Part shown: one piece after another, positions 45,696 to 56,651 of the stretch
How the letters are laid out: the number at the start of each line of letters is the position of its first letter
Position numbering within the stretch: the first letter of the stretch is position 1
Virus record (IMG/VR): IMGVR_UViG_3300044981_000078
Span: 1-64,000 of that record
Direction: 5' to 3' (one strand)
DNA length: 64,000 bases
Source: a virus
Made by a program: the position numbers and the translations under genes
The notes under the pieces: generated by a model
What the model saw: only the letters and a program-made list of their open reading frames with translations
Told to the model about the DNA's origin: nothing
Database searches by the model: none

Positions 45696-47884
45696 TGTAT
45701 TTAGTTTTGGACTTCGAAACCGGGAGCGAGGCCGAACTGACCGAAGTTGGGCTCCATAATTATTGTCTTCACCCAACTACCGAAGTTCTCTGCCTAGCGT
45801 GGAGGCTCGTCAAGTCTCTAGATATAGACACAGTGACTCCGGTACAGATATGGGAGCCGCATCTAGCATCTAGGCCGTACATAGGTTCGCTGCCTAAGCC
45901 GCTGCTGGGGGCAATCCTAGACCCTAAAGTGCCCATAATTGCATTTAATAGCGCCTTCGAGCGCTATGTCTTCCAGTATGTTCTAGGCATCGAGATACCT
46001 GCAGAGCGATTTCAGGACCCTCAAGCGTCAGCAAGATACTTGTCCCTTCCGGCGAACCTAGAAGATGTCGGTATGGTCCTCGGTCTCCCGATGGAGATGC
46101 GCAAGGATAAACGCGGGGAGCGGCTATTAGATTTGTTTTCGTATCCGCACACTAGGAAGAAAAAAGACGGCGGCGGGACATACTTTAATGACTGGAATAC
46201 GCACCCGGCAGAGTGGGCGCAACTGTTAGAGTATTGTAAGCAAGATGTCATAGCCGAGCAAGAGGTCGCCCGTCGTGAGAATCTGCTTGGGGTCTTCCCG
46301 TTGCCGGATCGAGAACGGAAGATTTGGCTGCTGGATCAAAAAATAAACGATAAAGGAATTAAGGTAAGCGGGTTAGTAGAAAAGGCGCTGAGGCTAGCGG
46401 AAAAAGCCAAGCAAGAAAAACTAGATGAGCAAAATAAAGCAACCGGCCTGCTTAATGCTAACTCAACTTCACAATTGCTTCCTTGGGTTCGAGATTTGGG
46501 TTATCCATTGGGAAACCTTCGTAAGACGAATATTGAACTGGTATTGAAGGACCCAGAGGTTACGTTGACCCCAGAATGTCGGAAGGTTTTAGAGGCTCGC
46601 TTAGAGGCAGGCTCCACTAGTTATAAGAAGTTACAAGCTATCCTTAGAAATACAAGTCCTGACGGCAGATTGCGAGGACAGTTTATATTCATGGGTAGTA
46701 GTCGCTGCGGACGCTGGTCTGGAAATTCCGTTCAACTCCATAATCTTGCTCGTTCAGGCATGTTAGGCGGTTACAATTTTGAAGAGCTAGAAGTAATGAA
46801 AGACTCCCGCAGTATGATCTTTGCGGAAGACTACGACGCAATTAAGAATAAGTACGGGTCAGTTTTACTCACTGTAAAGAATCTAATTCGTACTTTTTTT
46901 TCCTGTGAAGGAACCGATAAGAAGTTTTTGATAGCCGATTTAGCGAGCATCGAGACTCGTGTCGCCGCTTGGCTGTCTCAGTGCGGCCCTCTCTTAAAGG
47001 TTTTTCAAGAAGGACGAGACGCTTATCTAGATTTTGCCTCAAAATTATATGGTATTCCATATGAGGTCTTGTGGTCCGATTACAAGGGTAAGAACGGTAA
47101 AGATCGACAGATCGCCGCAAAACGTATGCGGCAGACGGCAAAGCCCGGGGTCTTAGGGGCCGTGTATCAACTTGGAGGCGGCAAGTGGGGAATAGATTTT
47201 AAGACCGGAGATAGAACGCGTACAGGATTGTTCGGTTATTCCTGGAACATGGGTATAGAAATTACAGAAGGCCAAGCCTACGATATCGTGAAAGTTTTCA
47301 GGGAATCTTATAAAGAAATTCCAGAAATGTGGTTTGATTTAGAAAACGCGGTAAAAGATGTTATTCAGAATAAACAAACAGTACGATATTTAGGGCCAAA
47401 TAATTGCATCAAAATAGATAAGCTGACGATAGAAGGCCGCAAGCCACTTCTCAGGATACAGCTTCCCTCTGGAAGATTTCTGCACTATGTAGACGCGGCG
47501 ATAGAAACAGTAAAAATGCCGTGGACCAAAAAGAGCGAAGAGACCGGAGAAGAAGAGGACGTGTACCGTCCGGGCATAACTTACTATAACCAAAATCAAA
47601 CTACACACCAATGGGACCTTGCGGTCACGCACGGCGGGAAAATATTTGAGAACCTTTGTCAGGCCCTGGCCCGTGACATTCTCACAGAAGGCATGTTAGC
47701 GGTAGACCAAGCGGAGGCAGATATCGTGGCCCACGTACACGATGAAATCGTGTGCGAAGTCATAGATGATCCGTTCTCGCTTTCAATCGAAGAAATGATC
47801 AAAATAATGAGTAGAGATATCTGCTGGGCTCCCGGACTACCGTTGGGTGCAGATGGGTTTCAGGCTGAATTTTACCATAAATAG
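45695..47884 (+). CDS. Family A DNA polymerase
   Basis: DFET exonuclease motif, GRWSG..QLHNL, DLASIETR, ENLCQALARD, HVHDE. Confidence 0.92.
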   Translation: MYLVLDFETGSEAELTEVGLHNYCLHPTTEVLCLAWRLVKSLDIDTVTPVQIWEPHLASRPYIGSLPKPLLGAILDPKVPIIAFNSAFERYVFQYVLGIEIPAERFQDPQASARYLSLPANLEDVGMVLGLPMEMRKDKRGERLLDLFSYPHTRKKKDGGGTYFNDWNTHPAEWAQLLEYCKQDVIAEQEVARRENLLGVFPLPDRERKIWLLDQKINDKGIKVSGLVEKALRLAEKAKQEKLDEQNKATGLLNANSTSQLLPWVRDLGYPLGNLRKTNIELVLKDPEVTLTPECRKVLEARLEAGSTSYKKLQAILRNTSPDGRLRGQFIFMGSSRCGRWSGNSVQLHNLARSGMLGGYNFEELEVMKDSRSMIFAEDYDAIKNKYGSVLLTVKNLIRTFFSCEGTDKKFLIADLASIETRVAAWLSQCGPLLKVFQEGRDAYLDFASKLYGIPYEVLWSDYKGKNGKDRQIAAKRMRQTAKPGVLGAVYQLGGGKWGIDFKTGDRTRTGLFGYSWNMGIEITEGQAYDIVKVFRESYKEIPEMWFDLENAVKDVIQNKQTVRYLGPNNCIKIDKLTIEGRKPLLRIQLPSGRFLHYVDAAIETVKMPWTKKSEETGEEEDVYRPGITYYNQNQTTHQWDLAVTHGGKIFENLCQALARDILTEGMLAVDQAEADIVAHVHDEIVCEVIDDPFSLSIEEMIKIMSRDICWAPGLPLGADGFQAEFYHK

Positions 47885-47910
47885 TAGAAAACAAAGGCTT
47901 TAGAAAGTAG

Positions 47911-47939
47911 TTGACAAAACAATAAAAAAGTACTACTCT
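47911..47939 (+). promoter_or_regulatory. Sigma70-type promoter
   Basis: TTGACA-17-TACTCT. Confidence 0.55.
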
Positions 47940-47976
47940 CAAGGCGGTACTAAAGTACTAGGACGAGGAGCAAACA

Positions 47977-49164
47977 ATGAGTGATGGTTTTATTCCGCTT
48001 TATGATCTTGAATCGTTAACCGAACCGCAGCGTCAAGAATATCTCAAGGCAGTCTGCAAGCACATGGGGGTGCCAGATAATCTGAATTTGGTCGCTCTTA
48101 CATATGTTGACGACGGCGATGGCCCGTCCAGGCTCGTGCCGTACGCGAAGCGCGGCGCAACCGAAAATGTCCGCAATAACCTGCAGATCGATATTGAGAG
48201 TCTCACTAGTCAGATGATTGGTGGTAGTATTGTGTTTACTGCAATTGCAAGGTCTAAACCTACGGGCAGGAGAGAAATCTCCACCGGATCGAAGTTCATC
48301 GATGGGCTACAGGGCACTCAACTCGATGATAGTATTATGACAGCCCAGACCAGGGCTCTCCGCCGTGTAACCCTACAATTTATTGGCGCGGGGGTCTTGG
48401 ACGAATCAGAAGTCAACCAGCGAAAGACTGTTCACGCGGTATCGGCACCGATTGCGCCTACTCCACAACCTACTGTAGCGCCAAGTAGTCAACCGGGTAA
48501 AGATATTACAGTTGTAGATACTTGTTCTTCGGACGGTTCTTTGGTAGGTGTTAAAATTGAATCCAAGATGGTTGGAGAATATTGTGATTTCGCACAGCCT
48601 GATAACCCTGACGGAACGGACCCAGCAAAGAAACGTGCCGACACAATCGCACAACTAAATGCACAAAACCCCCCGAAAGAGGGGGATTCGTTACAAACTA
48701 GTGCAGAAGCGAAGAAACCTAGAAAGCCGCGAGGACCGAATAAGAAAAAGGTCGATTTGGGTCCGAGCGGACCACCTCCGGCACAACCGGTCATTATTCC
48801 GGCCACTGTATCAGCGCCAATTGCTATAAACCCAGTGGCTCCATCAGTTATAGAGGCCCCTAAAGCGGACATTATTCCGGCCATAAAGCCAAAGTGCGAC
48901 CCGGCCCTACTTAAGACATACCGTGTACGTCACTTTCAAATCATGAACACAATGGAGCTAGAGGGCGGATTCACCGGCTCCGAGGGGATGGGCAAGCCAG
49001 ACAAGGTACGAAGTTTCGCTGCATTGATGTTTCCAGATATCACAAACTTTAATGATTTAACTTCCGAACAGTGGGAGAAGTATCTTGGGTTTCTAGAGAA
49101 TAAAATCAAAACTGAGGGAGCAACGGCGACGGTCAAGTATGTCGAGGCCGCAATCGGACTATGA
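47977..49164 (+). CDS. Probable single-strand annealing protein/recombinase
   Basis: YLKAVC.., MTAQTRALRRVTL..G.GVLDESE; upstream of helicase and nuclease. Confidence 0.55.
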   Translation: MSDGFIPLYDLESLTEPQRQEYLKAVCKHMGVPDNLNLVALTYVDDGDGPSRLVPYAKRGATENVRNNLQIDIESLTSQMIGGSIVFTAIARSKPTGRREISTGSKFIDGLQGTQLDDSIMTAQTRALRRVTLQFIGAGVLDESEVNQRKTVHAVSAPIAPTPQPTVAPSSQPGKDITVVDTCSSDGSLVGVKIESKMVGEYCDFAQPDNPDGTDPAKKRADTIAQLNAQNPPKEGDSLQTSAEAKKPRKPRGPNKKKVDLGPSGPPPAQPVIIPATVSAPIAINPVAPSVIEAPKADIIPAIKPKCDPALLKTYRVRHFQIMNTMELEGGFTGSEGMGKPDKVRSFAALMFPDITNFNDLTSEQWEKYLGFLENKIKTEGATATVKYVEAAIGL

Positions 49165-49571
49165 AGACTGGAAAAAAGAAGTATATTCATACAAGTAGTC
49201 CCAAAAATTCAAACGGTTCTATAGGTGGGAGCACTCCGGAAGAAATAACCGCTCATGTTTATATGACTGATTTCATGATCGAACAAGTTTCGGAATTTGC
49301 TTGTTTTAATTATTATGACCGGTGTCTTCATGGTTGTTCGATTTGGGGTATTCGCCCGTGTACTTGTCCGATAGAAAAGCCATTTATTTCTAGGAGCAAA
49401 TTTGTGGCATATCATCTAGCTCCAGGGGCAGATGAAACCCCTGTCAAAGTTGCTAGATGGAAAGCGCTGGAGATTATCAATGATTGGAATGAAAATCAAA
49501 CCAAAGAGTCGCTAAAACAAAAAAGACAATGTCGTTGGGTGTATTTTTTACCATAAAATTGAGGATAACTA

Positions 49572-50267
49572 ATGAAGAAAATCTTAGTCGTGTTAGCTTT
49601 GCTATTTAGCGCAGTTTCAATGCGGGCGCAAGACCTAAAGACCCACTTTCTTTTCGGGCCGGACGGTGGCTATAATTTTGGCAATACGTTTGTTGGTGGT
49701 ACCGCCGAAGTCGAGATTCCTATCGGGCCACATGTCGAGATAGACGGAAGCGGGAAGATAAACCCCTACGAATCGCACATCAAGCTTGGCCACGGTATCG
49801 GATACAGTGTTGGCGGCGGGGTGCTCTTGTGGGCGAACCGTACGTCGGGATTCGAGGGGCTATATTCGTACGGTGGCTATACAGTGGTCCAAGCGACAAA
49901 GGCCGCTGACTATGTGTACGCAGGATATGTGTACAAACACACAATGCTCGGCTTCCCAACTAGATTTCATTTTAACTACTTTCAGCAGGTCTTTAACGGT
50001 ATCTCCGCAAACGGCACCGAAACCAATCATGTGATAGGTGGGGCACTCGCGTTTGACAGTCTCGAAGGTTGCTTTAAGACTGGCTGCGTTCGTTCCAAGT
50101 TTACATGGTACACCGGACGTACACTGAACCAAGGGAACCCGAAGTGTGACGGTCAGTGCGGCGATCCTATTACCTGCCCGCGCCAATCTGTAGTAAGCGG
50201 CGGATTTGAATTCAACGTGCGGTTTGAGTTTCCACGCCGGGCACACGGGAACTACGACCTCTTCTAA
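49572..50267 (+). CDS. Secreted/outer-membrane beta-barrel-like protein
   Basis: Signal peptide; Gly/aromatic alternating strands. Confidence 0.5.
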   Translation: MKKILVVLALLFSAVSMRAQDLKTHFLFGPDGGYNFGNTFVGGTAEVEIPIGPHVEIDGSGKINPYESHIKLGHGIGYSVGGGVLLWANRTSGFEGLYSYGGYTVVQATKAADYVYAGYVYKHTMLGFPTRFHFNYFQQVFNGISANGTETNHVIGGALAFDSLEGCFKTGCVRSKFTWYTGRTLNQGNPKCDGQCGDPITCPRQSVVSGGFEFNVRFEFPRRAHGNYDLF

Positions 50268-51842
50268 ATGAACTTTAATGACGAGCAGCGAGCAGTCATA
50301 AACGCGATTGACGGTACATACATAGTCATAAGCGGGCCAGGGTCGGGAAAGACCGCATGCATGGTCGAGCGTTTTCTTACTATGATTATGCGGGGCATCT
50401 CAGTAAATGATATATTGAATTTAACTTTTACAAATGCAGCCGCTCAAGAGGCTGCTCAACGGGCAGGAATACTAGACGCGGAAAAGTTTTTTAGAACGTT
50501 CCACTCATATGCGTTGGAGATAATCAAAAAAGAACGGGCGCATCTGCCCTTCGAATTAAGCGAGACGGTTATCCCCGTGGCCGGACAAGAGTTTAAGCTC
50601 TTATTTGATCTGGTAAAGGCGTATCCGGCGACACAGAACTTTCGTGCTCTTTCAGATAAAATATCATCTTGGAAACGAGCCGATATCGATCCAGAACGTG
50701 CTATTAGTGAGGCGATAGGAGCCGAATATTATTTTGCTCTAGCCTATCGAGAATACGAGGATCAATGTAGAAGAGACGGCTGGATAGATTTCGATTCTCT
50801 TATCTGGGAGACTGTAAATCTTTTGGAGAATAATGAAGAGGTCCGAAATCGATGGAAGAGAAAATACATAGCAGCGGACGAATTTCAGGACACTGACATC
50901 CGCCAACTCCATATGCTTGAGCTATTATTTGATGGCAATCTAATTTGCGTAGGTGATACAAATCAAGGAATTTATAGTTGGAGAGGGGCGCACCCAGACG
51001 TTTTCAAATACGTCCAGAAAAAACTCCCTAATACTAAGATATTATTTTTAGGACAAAATCATAGGTCTAGCCAGAAAATCGTATCTTTTATCAAAGATAT
51101 TCTTCCCGAAGATAACGGAATATCTAGTTATATGATGACTACGAATGAAGAAGGGGTCGATCCTGTTATAACGCGATATAGAGACGATCACGAAGAAGCT
51201 GTTCAGACTCTTCGGCAAGTAATAGACCCAATTAATACTGTCATTATGGCTCGAACTAATCGGCAACTTTTTGTGTTTCAGAGATTGTGTGTAAGTCGTG
51301 GAATTAAATACCGAATCCTCGGAAAAAAGGACTTCTTTGAAACTAGCGAGGTCAAAAAGCTTCTTCAATTAGCTAAAGATTCTACGGATCGAGGTCCGGC
51401 GGATCAAGTTTTGGCTAGTTTAATCAGTCAGCACAATCTTTTAAATATCTATCGCGGAAGCGGAGACCCGATGGAAAGTGATCCCGTAGATAATTTAAAT
51501 TCAATTGTTAAAATGGCTGTCGGCAAGGGCACCGTCCTGGAGTTCCTAGAAAAACTTCGTAAATTGACATATGCAAGAAAGTCGGCCAAAGGATTGACGC
51601 TATCCACGGTACACCAAATGAAAGGAAAACAGGCTGACCATGTATTTGTGGTTGGGGTGGATCAAAACCGCATGCCCCATCGCGAAGGTGAAATAGGCGA
51701 AGAGAGGAGAATTTGGTTTACGGCATGCTCCAGGGCAGCTAAGACTCTAAATATCAGTTTTTATGGTCCGCGTAGTGAGTTTTTGAATAGCTTTCTAAGT
51801 CAAATTAAAGTTTATCAAAATGAGTCCGAGGAAAACGCATGA
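50268..51842 (+). CDS. UvrD/PcrA-family helicase
   Basis: GPGSGKT, DEFQD, VGDTNQGIYSWRGA, TVHQMKG, EERRIWFTACSRA. Confidence 0.92.
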   Translation: MNFNDEQRAVINAIDGTYIVISGPGSGKTACMVERFLTMIMRGISVNDILNLTFTNAAAQEAAQRAGILDAEKFFRTFHSYALEIIKKERAHLPFELSETVIPVAGQEFKLLFDLVKAYPATQNFRALSDKISSWKRADIDPERAISEAIGAEYYFALAYREYEDQCRRDGWIDFDSLIWETVNLLENNEEVRNRWKRKYIAADEFQDTDIRQLHMLELLFDGNLICVGDTNQGIYSWRGAHPDVFKYVQKKLPNTKILFLGQNHRSSQKIVSFIKDILPEDNGISSYMMTTNEEGVDPVITRYRDDHEEAVQTLRQVIDPINTVIMARTNRQLFVFQRLCVSRGIKYRILGKKDFFETSEVKKLLQLAKDSTDRGPADQVLASLISQHNLLNIYRGSGDPMESDPVDNLNSIVKMAVGKGTVLEFLEKLRKLTYARKSAKGLTLSTVHQMKGKQADHVFVVGVDQNRMPHREGEIGEERRIWFTACSRAAKTLNISFYGPRSEFLNSFLSQIKVYQNESEENA

Positions 51843-53032
51843 GCTTTTTATACGTGAACAGCCAAGGAAATCCTCACCGAAAACACAGCTACAGTTCGGG
51901 CTTAATTTTTGAGCAAAGTCCTCTGAAATACTATCTTCAAAAAATTCTGGGGTGGAGAGAGATTCGTTCGTATGCCCGTTTTGAATTCGGAAAAGCGATT
52001 GAGGAGAGCATACAGTCTTATCACGATCACGGCGGTGAAATAGACATTAAGGAAGACTTTATACGCCGCTGGTCTGCGCACAAGGATAATGAGAGCATCA
52101 CTTATACAGACACAGAAAAGAACTGGGCGACTTGCTTGACGATGGGTCAAGACATGGTTAGACTATACGCTGCAGTTCAGCCCAATCTCCCAATACCGAT
52201 GGGCGGTCGAGCAGTCTGGCAAAGAGAGTATTCAAAAACTGTCTTTCCCGGTGATCCTAATTATGGAGAAATCGATTTTGCGGGAAAGCTAGACATTGTG
52301 TGCTATACTGAGCCGGATCACCCGATGCTCCCTAAAATTGAATGGAAGTCGGAGTACGGGATGTATCGTCCTGTTATAGTTGATATTAAAACTAGCGCCA
52401 TAGATTTTCCCGAACAACCAGGCATGGCCGCTCTAGATGCGCAATTACGTGTCTATTCTTGGCTCACCGGTATACGTGATACAGCGCTGTTGTGGTTCAA
52501 GAAGAGCGGTCTCGGATATAAAAAAGGCTACTCCGCAACAGTAATCGAACCAATCGGACAGTATACTGCCGGTCAAGAGGTGGTTATTGCTAAGGTAGAC
52601 GGGGAAGACGCTTGGGTTGTCTACAATGACTTTATGGTTGAGGAGATGAATAAGGCTCAGGGTAAAAAGGGGGATAAACTAGATCAAACAGACGAGGCCA
52701 AACAACGCGCCCAGAACTGGCTGGATCAATACGGGGTAAGGGTTCCGTTATCAAGTTTGACTCGTCAGCGTCTGCAGTTTAATTCAGGTAGAGTCACACA
52801 GCAGTCTGCAGATGATGCAGGACGCATAGCGGGGAGACAGATCATACAGATTGTCAACGCGTGGAAGAATAAAGAATGGCCAAATAATTTTGGAATCCGC
52901 TACCCCCACGATGATCGAAACGATTCGTACTTTCGCGCGTTCGTGCTCGGTGACGAAGTTTATAAGAAGCAAAATTTCATAAAAGCAGATGAAGAAACAT
53001 TTGATAGTTTATTCCAAGAGGACGAACCGTGA
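51839..53032 (+). CDS. PD-(D/E)XK (RecB/Cas4-like) nuclease
   Basis: GKLD..IVDIKT..QLRVY. Confidence 0.8.
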   Translation: MSFLYVNSQGNPHRKHSYSSGLIFEQSPLKYYLQKILGWREIRSYARFEFGKAIEESIQSYHDHGGEIDIKEDFIRRWSAHKDNESITYTDTEKNWATCLTMGQDMVRLYAAVQPNLPIPMGGRAVWQREYSKTVFPGDPNYGEIDFAGKLDIVCYTEPDHPMLPKIEWKSEYGMYRPVIVDIKTSAIDFPEQPGMAALDAQLRVYSWLTGIRDTALLWFKKSGLGYKKGYSATVIEPIGQYTAGQEVVIAKVDGEDAWVVYNDFMVEEMNKAQGKKGDKLDQTDEAKQRAQNWLDQYGVRVPLSSLTRQRLQFNSGRVTQQSADDAGRIAGRQIIQIVNAWKNKEWPNNFGIRYPHDDRNDSYFRAFVLGDEVYKKQNFIKADEETFDSLFQEDEP

Positions 53033-53557
53033 AAATGAACATCTTTACAGTAACCAGGGGCGGACAAAAGTTTGCAGGGGACTCGATTCATAGTTCAATT
53101 ACTGGAGAAAGCATAGGTGGGCCACTGGCCCCGGAAGATCAAATCATAACTGAAATAGACGAGCTTAAGATGTCTCCAGAAAAGATCATAGCTACTAGAT
53201 TTTTGGCCTTCTTGGAGACCCGAAGGCTTGATATGAAATCATTAGCCATACTAAGTGACGAAGAACAAAATAGAATTAGAAGAGAGTTTTTTCTAGAACA
53301 GGACACAATATGACTTATCATATCGTTAAGTTTCATGCAGACGGCGGTCAAATGTGCGTACCGGGGATTCGGTGTTTCACGGATAAGGCTAAAGCTGACG
53401 AACTAGCTGAGTACCTTCGAACTGAATCGGGGCATTCTTGTGGTCTGCAATCTGTTCAACAATGCGAATCCGAAAGACCTATCGAAAATGACGGAATAAT
53501 CTATCCCGGTGTAGCTAACATGGGAAGAGATACTTTGGGGGAGTGCTATTTTCGCAA

Positions 53558-54124
53558 ATGATTGTATTAACGCCCATTAAACGGACGGACCCTCGAATTC
53601 TTGCGGACATGGCTATTCACTACAGCCAGCCAAAAGGATTTGTTGGTCGCAATATCTGTTACGCCATAGTGGTCAGAGATGTGTATTACGGTGCAATTGT
53701 TGGTGGATCATCTACCTTACATTTGGCTGGTCGAGATGAGTTTTTTGGATTAACAAGAGTAAACAAGAAGTCTGCATTGAAACATATTGTGAATAATATA
53801 TTTTATCACATCGAAAAGAAAGACGGGCGCTATCCTGTCCGAAACATGGTTCCTACTGTTTTGAGTTTGTTTAGAGAACGAATTATATCTGATTGGAAAG
53901 CTAAATATGGAGATGATGTTATTGGATTTGAGTCTTTAATCGAATTACCGCGATCAGGTGAATCTTATAAACGGGATGGTTGGGTAGAGGTCGGCATAAC
54001 TAAAGGGCAGACTTGTAAACGAATCGCGGGGAAGGGAACCGATTCATGGACGGGAAAACGAGTATGGGATACGAAAAATTTGAGACCCAAGCGTGTTTTT
54101 GTTCGTCACATTAGTGAAAAATAG
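53558..54124 (+). CDS. GNAT-fold Mom/DUF4338-like protein
   Basis: HYS..G, ESLIE..GESYKRDGW..VGITKG. Confidence 0.5.
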   Translation: MIVLTPIKRTDPRILADMAIHYSQPKGFVGRNICYAIVVRDVYYGAIVGGSSTLHLAGRDEFFGLTRVNKKSALKHIVNNIFYHIEKKDGRYPVRNMVPTVLSLFRERIISDWKAKYGDDVIGFESLIELPRSGESYKRDGWVEVGITKGQTCKRIAGKGTDSWTGKRVWDTKNLRPKRVFVRHISEK

Positions 54125-54547
54125 ATGGAACACCGGGACACACTCCCGACTTTACGCGCTTCACTCGACGGTAATGACACTTTCTTAAGCGGCGGTCACC
54201 GGGTAATAAAGACCGCCGGGGCGAGTCGTCATGCAAAGCGAATGGAGAAGGTACCGGTGTGGGCTCTCGATGACGAAAAGATAAAACAATATATTAATCT
54301 TAGGTTTCCAAAAGCTAAAACAGATAAACAGCAGAGGACCCGGGCGGCCAGGGTGGTTCGTGTGATTTACCTATATTACCGGGTGGGAGAGACCTTATCG
54401 GCGGTAGCGGAGCAGGTCGGGATGACTGACGGGGCAGTAAATCAGATGCTTATGCGGGTTAATAGGTCCATGACCAGGCCGATCAAGCCGTCTCATAGAC
54501 CTAAAAAGCCCGTACATATTGGGGAGACTAGTGAAGTCAACTTTTGA
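54125..54547 (+). CDS. HTH (sigma region 4-like) protein
   Basis: YYRVGETLSAVAEQVGMTDGAVNQML. Confidence 0.55.
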   Translation: MEHRDTLPTLRASLDGNDTFLSGGHRVIKTAGASRHAKRMEKVPVWALDDEKIKQYINLRFPKAKTDKQQRTRAARVVRVIYLYYRVGETLSAVAEQVGMTDGAVNQMLMRVNRSMTRPIKPSHRPKKPVHIGETSEVNF

Positions 54548-56120
54548 AGTTGGGGAGAACCTAGAAAGGGGCATGATAAGCAAAATTCGGGTCCACACCT
54601 GCGGAAACCAACGGTATGAAGGGTATATTACGGAGAAATGCAGGTGCCGCAAGTATGTGACCCAAGAGAAGGCAGAGCAGCTTAAGAACGACGGCTACGC
54701 GGCTCATGTTATAACATCTATTAAGACCATAGATGTAGAAGACATATGTTCGATGTGCGAAGGCAACGACCGGTTAAAGAAGTCTTGTAAGGCTTGTGGG
54801 AAAACCGGAATAGAGACTAAGAAGAGAAACCTAATTGAATACGGCGAAGATATCTATATGCGTCCTATCCTCAGAACACCGAGGACCGCGACTATCGAGA
54901 AAAACCATCTCGAATACGCCTATGTCAAGTTGGATAAGGATGCCGCAAGAAGAATAGAACTATATCACGAATCTGATCAATCGGCGCTAGGAGATTTAGG
55001 CGCTGAAATTAGGAATCCAGTGACCGGAGAAGTTGTACGTAAGGGCACCCCGGAGCCTAAAAACGATCCGGCTAAGGGCCAGGGTCGAGATCACGACTAC
55101 GGAAGGGCGATATGACCGAACAAAACTCACCGACTCCCGAGGGACAGGCGGCGGCAGAGCAGGCGTTGCAAGAGATTAGAGATCGATCTTTTAGCGGACG
55201 AAACCCCCACTTGGGAAAGATGGTGAACTGTCCGTTCTGTAATTTGCGCCACCGGCAGAATGAGCGTAAGTGCGAACAAAAGTTCGCGGAAGAAGACGGG
55301 ATTGTTTACGGTGCCCTTGTTCCGCCTGAAGGCCTGACCCAACTAACCAAGAGACAAATTTTTGGGGCTCGTGCATTCGCAAAGAAGCGACAGCGCCCTC
55401 GTAATAAACCGAAGAAGCCGATGACAAAGTGGGCTAGGGTTTTAAAAGCCGCCGCTGAGAAGAGGAAGAATGCTAAAACAGTTTAGAGACTGGGTATATC
55501 TGTTCGTAACTGAGCGTTTACTCAAGGATGAGTTTTTCATTTCTAGGCTGGATAGCGCTCTCAAACAGCACAACAAACAACTGGAAGTTTTGAAGGAAGC
55601 AGCGCGTCGGCTCAAGATAGACGCTCTTCAACGTAAGATGGCTGAAGAGCGTATCGCAGAGATAAAGAAACTTCAGGATAGTTGCTCGCATCTTAAGGGT
55701 GGTCGTTTGAGGAGCCCATGCGGTGAAGACTACAATATTTGGATTCACATATTTACAGACAATCACCGCCGTAGTGTTCGATGCTTAACTTGTAGAAAAG
55801 AGTGGACCGGAGATCAACTTAAATCTCCCGAGGTCCAACACATGTTAGCGCATACTACTAATACCCTCACCTCATCGGAGTTTAAGATAGGACCGGCGAA
55901 AGACCAAGAATTTCCCGGTGGTAATGCTCCAATGACAGAAGAGGAAGAGATTGCAAATAATCCGTTATGGCCCTTTGCAAGCCGAATATATGTTCAATGG
56001 TGGGACAAAATGTTAAAGAAACTTCGTAAAAAGAAACGCTTGACAAACAACAGGCGTGCATGACATATTTAACTTGTGAGAGGCACCGTCAGCCGAGAAT
56101 GACGCTAACAGGGGATTGAA

Positions 56121-56598
56121 AATGAAAAAGTTGCTTTCAGCAGTTCTGTTTGTTCTTGCATTTGCAATTGGGGCTTCGGCTCAAACAACTCAACAGAGTG
56201 TTGACTATCCGTTTTTCAACGCGGGGGATCACAGTCAGGTCACGTTTTATTTTGGTCACTTGCCGAACGGTGAGCCCGGCACTACCGCGCTTATCATTCA
56301 GTGCGCGTTTAACCGTGCTGAATTGATTACCAATTTCGATGTGTACGGTCAGCAAATGGGATCACAGTTTTTTGCTGTTACCTGTTCACATGTGGGGCCA
56401 ACTTGGGTCAATGGTCAGAGGACCGACACTTACACTCTTAACGCAACGCCACTTGCCGAATCTCTCGTTATGTACGGGACCAACGAAAATGGCAATCCTG
56501 TGACATCAAATCTCAATCTAATCGTCAACAGCGCAACATGGACTGTTACCGGCACCCGTGGGGCGAAGTCTAGCGGCGGGGCAGAGATTACTGACTGA
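56121..56598 (+). CDS. Secreted hypothetical protein
   Basis: Signal peptide MKKLLSAVLFVLAFAIGASA; own promoter near 56040. Confidence 0.6.
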
Positions 56599-56651
56599 GT
56601 CTTCTCCCTAGCCCTCGCGCGGAGGGACAGGGTGACCGCTCAGGAGGTAAG

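Noticed and set aside
51839-53032. Cas4 / CRISPR-Cas locus
   Set aside because: No Cas4 Cys cluster, no other cas genes and no array; it fits a RecB-like recombination nuclease.
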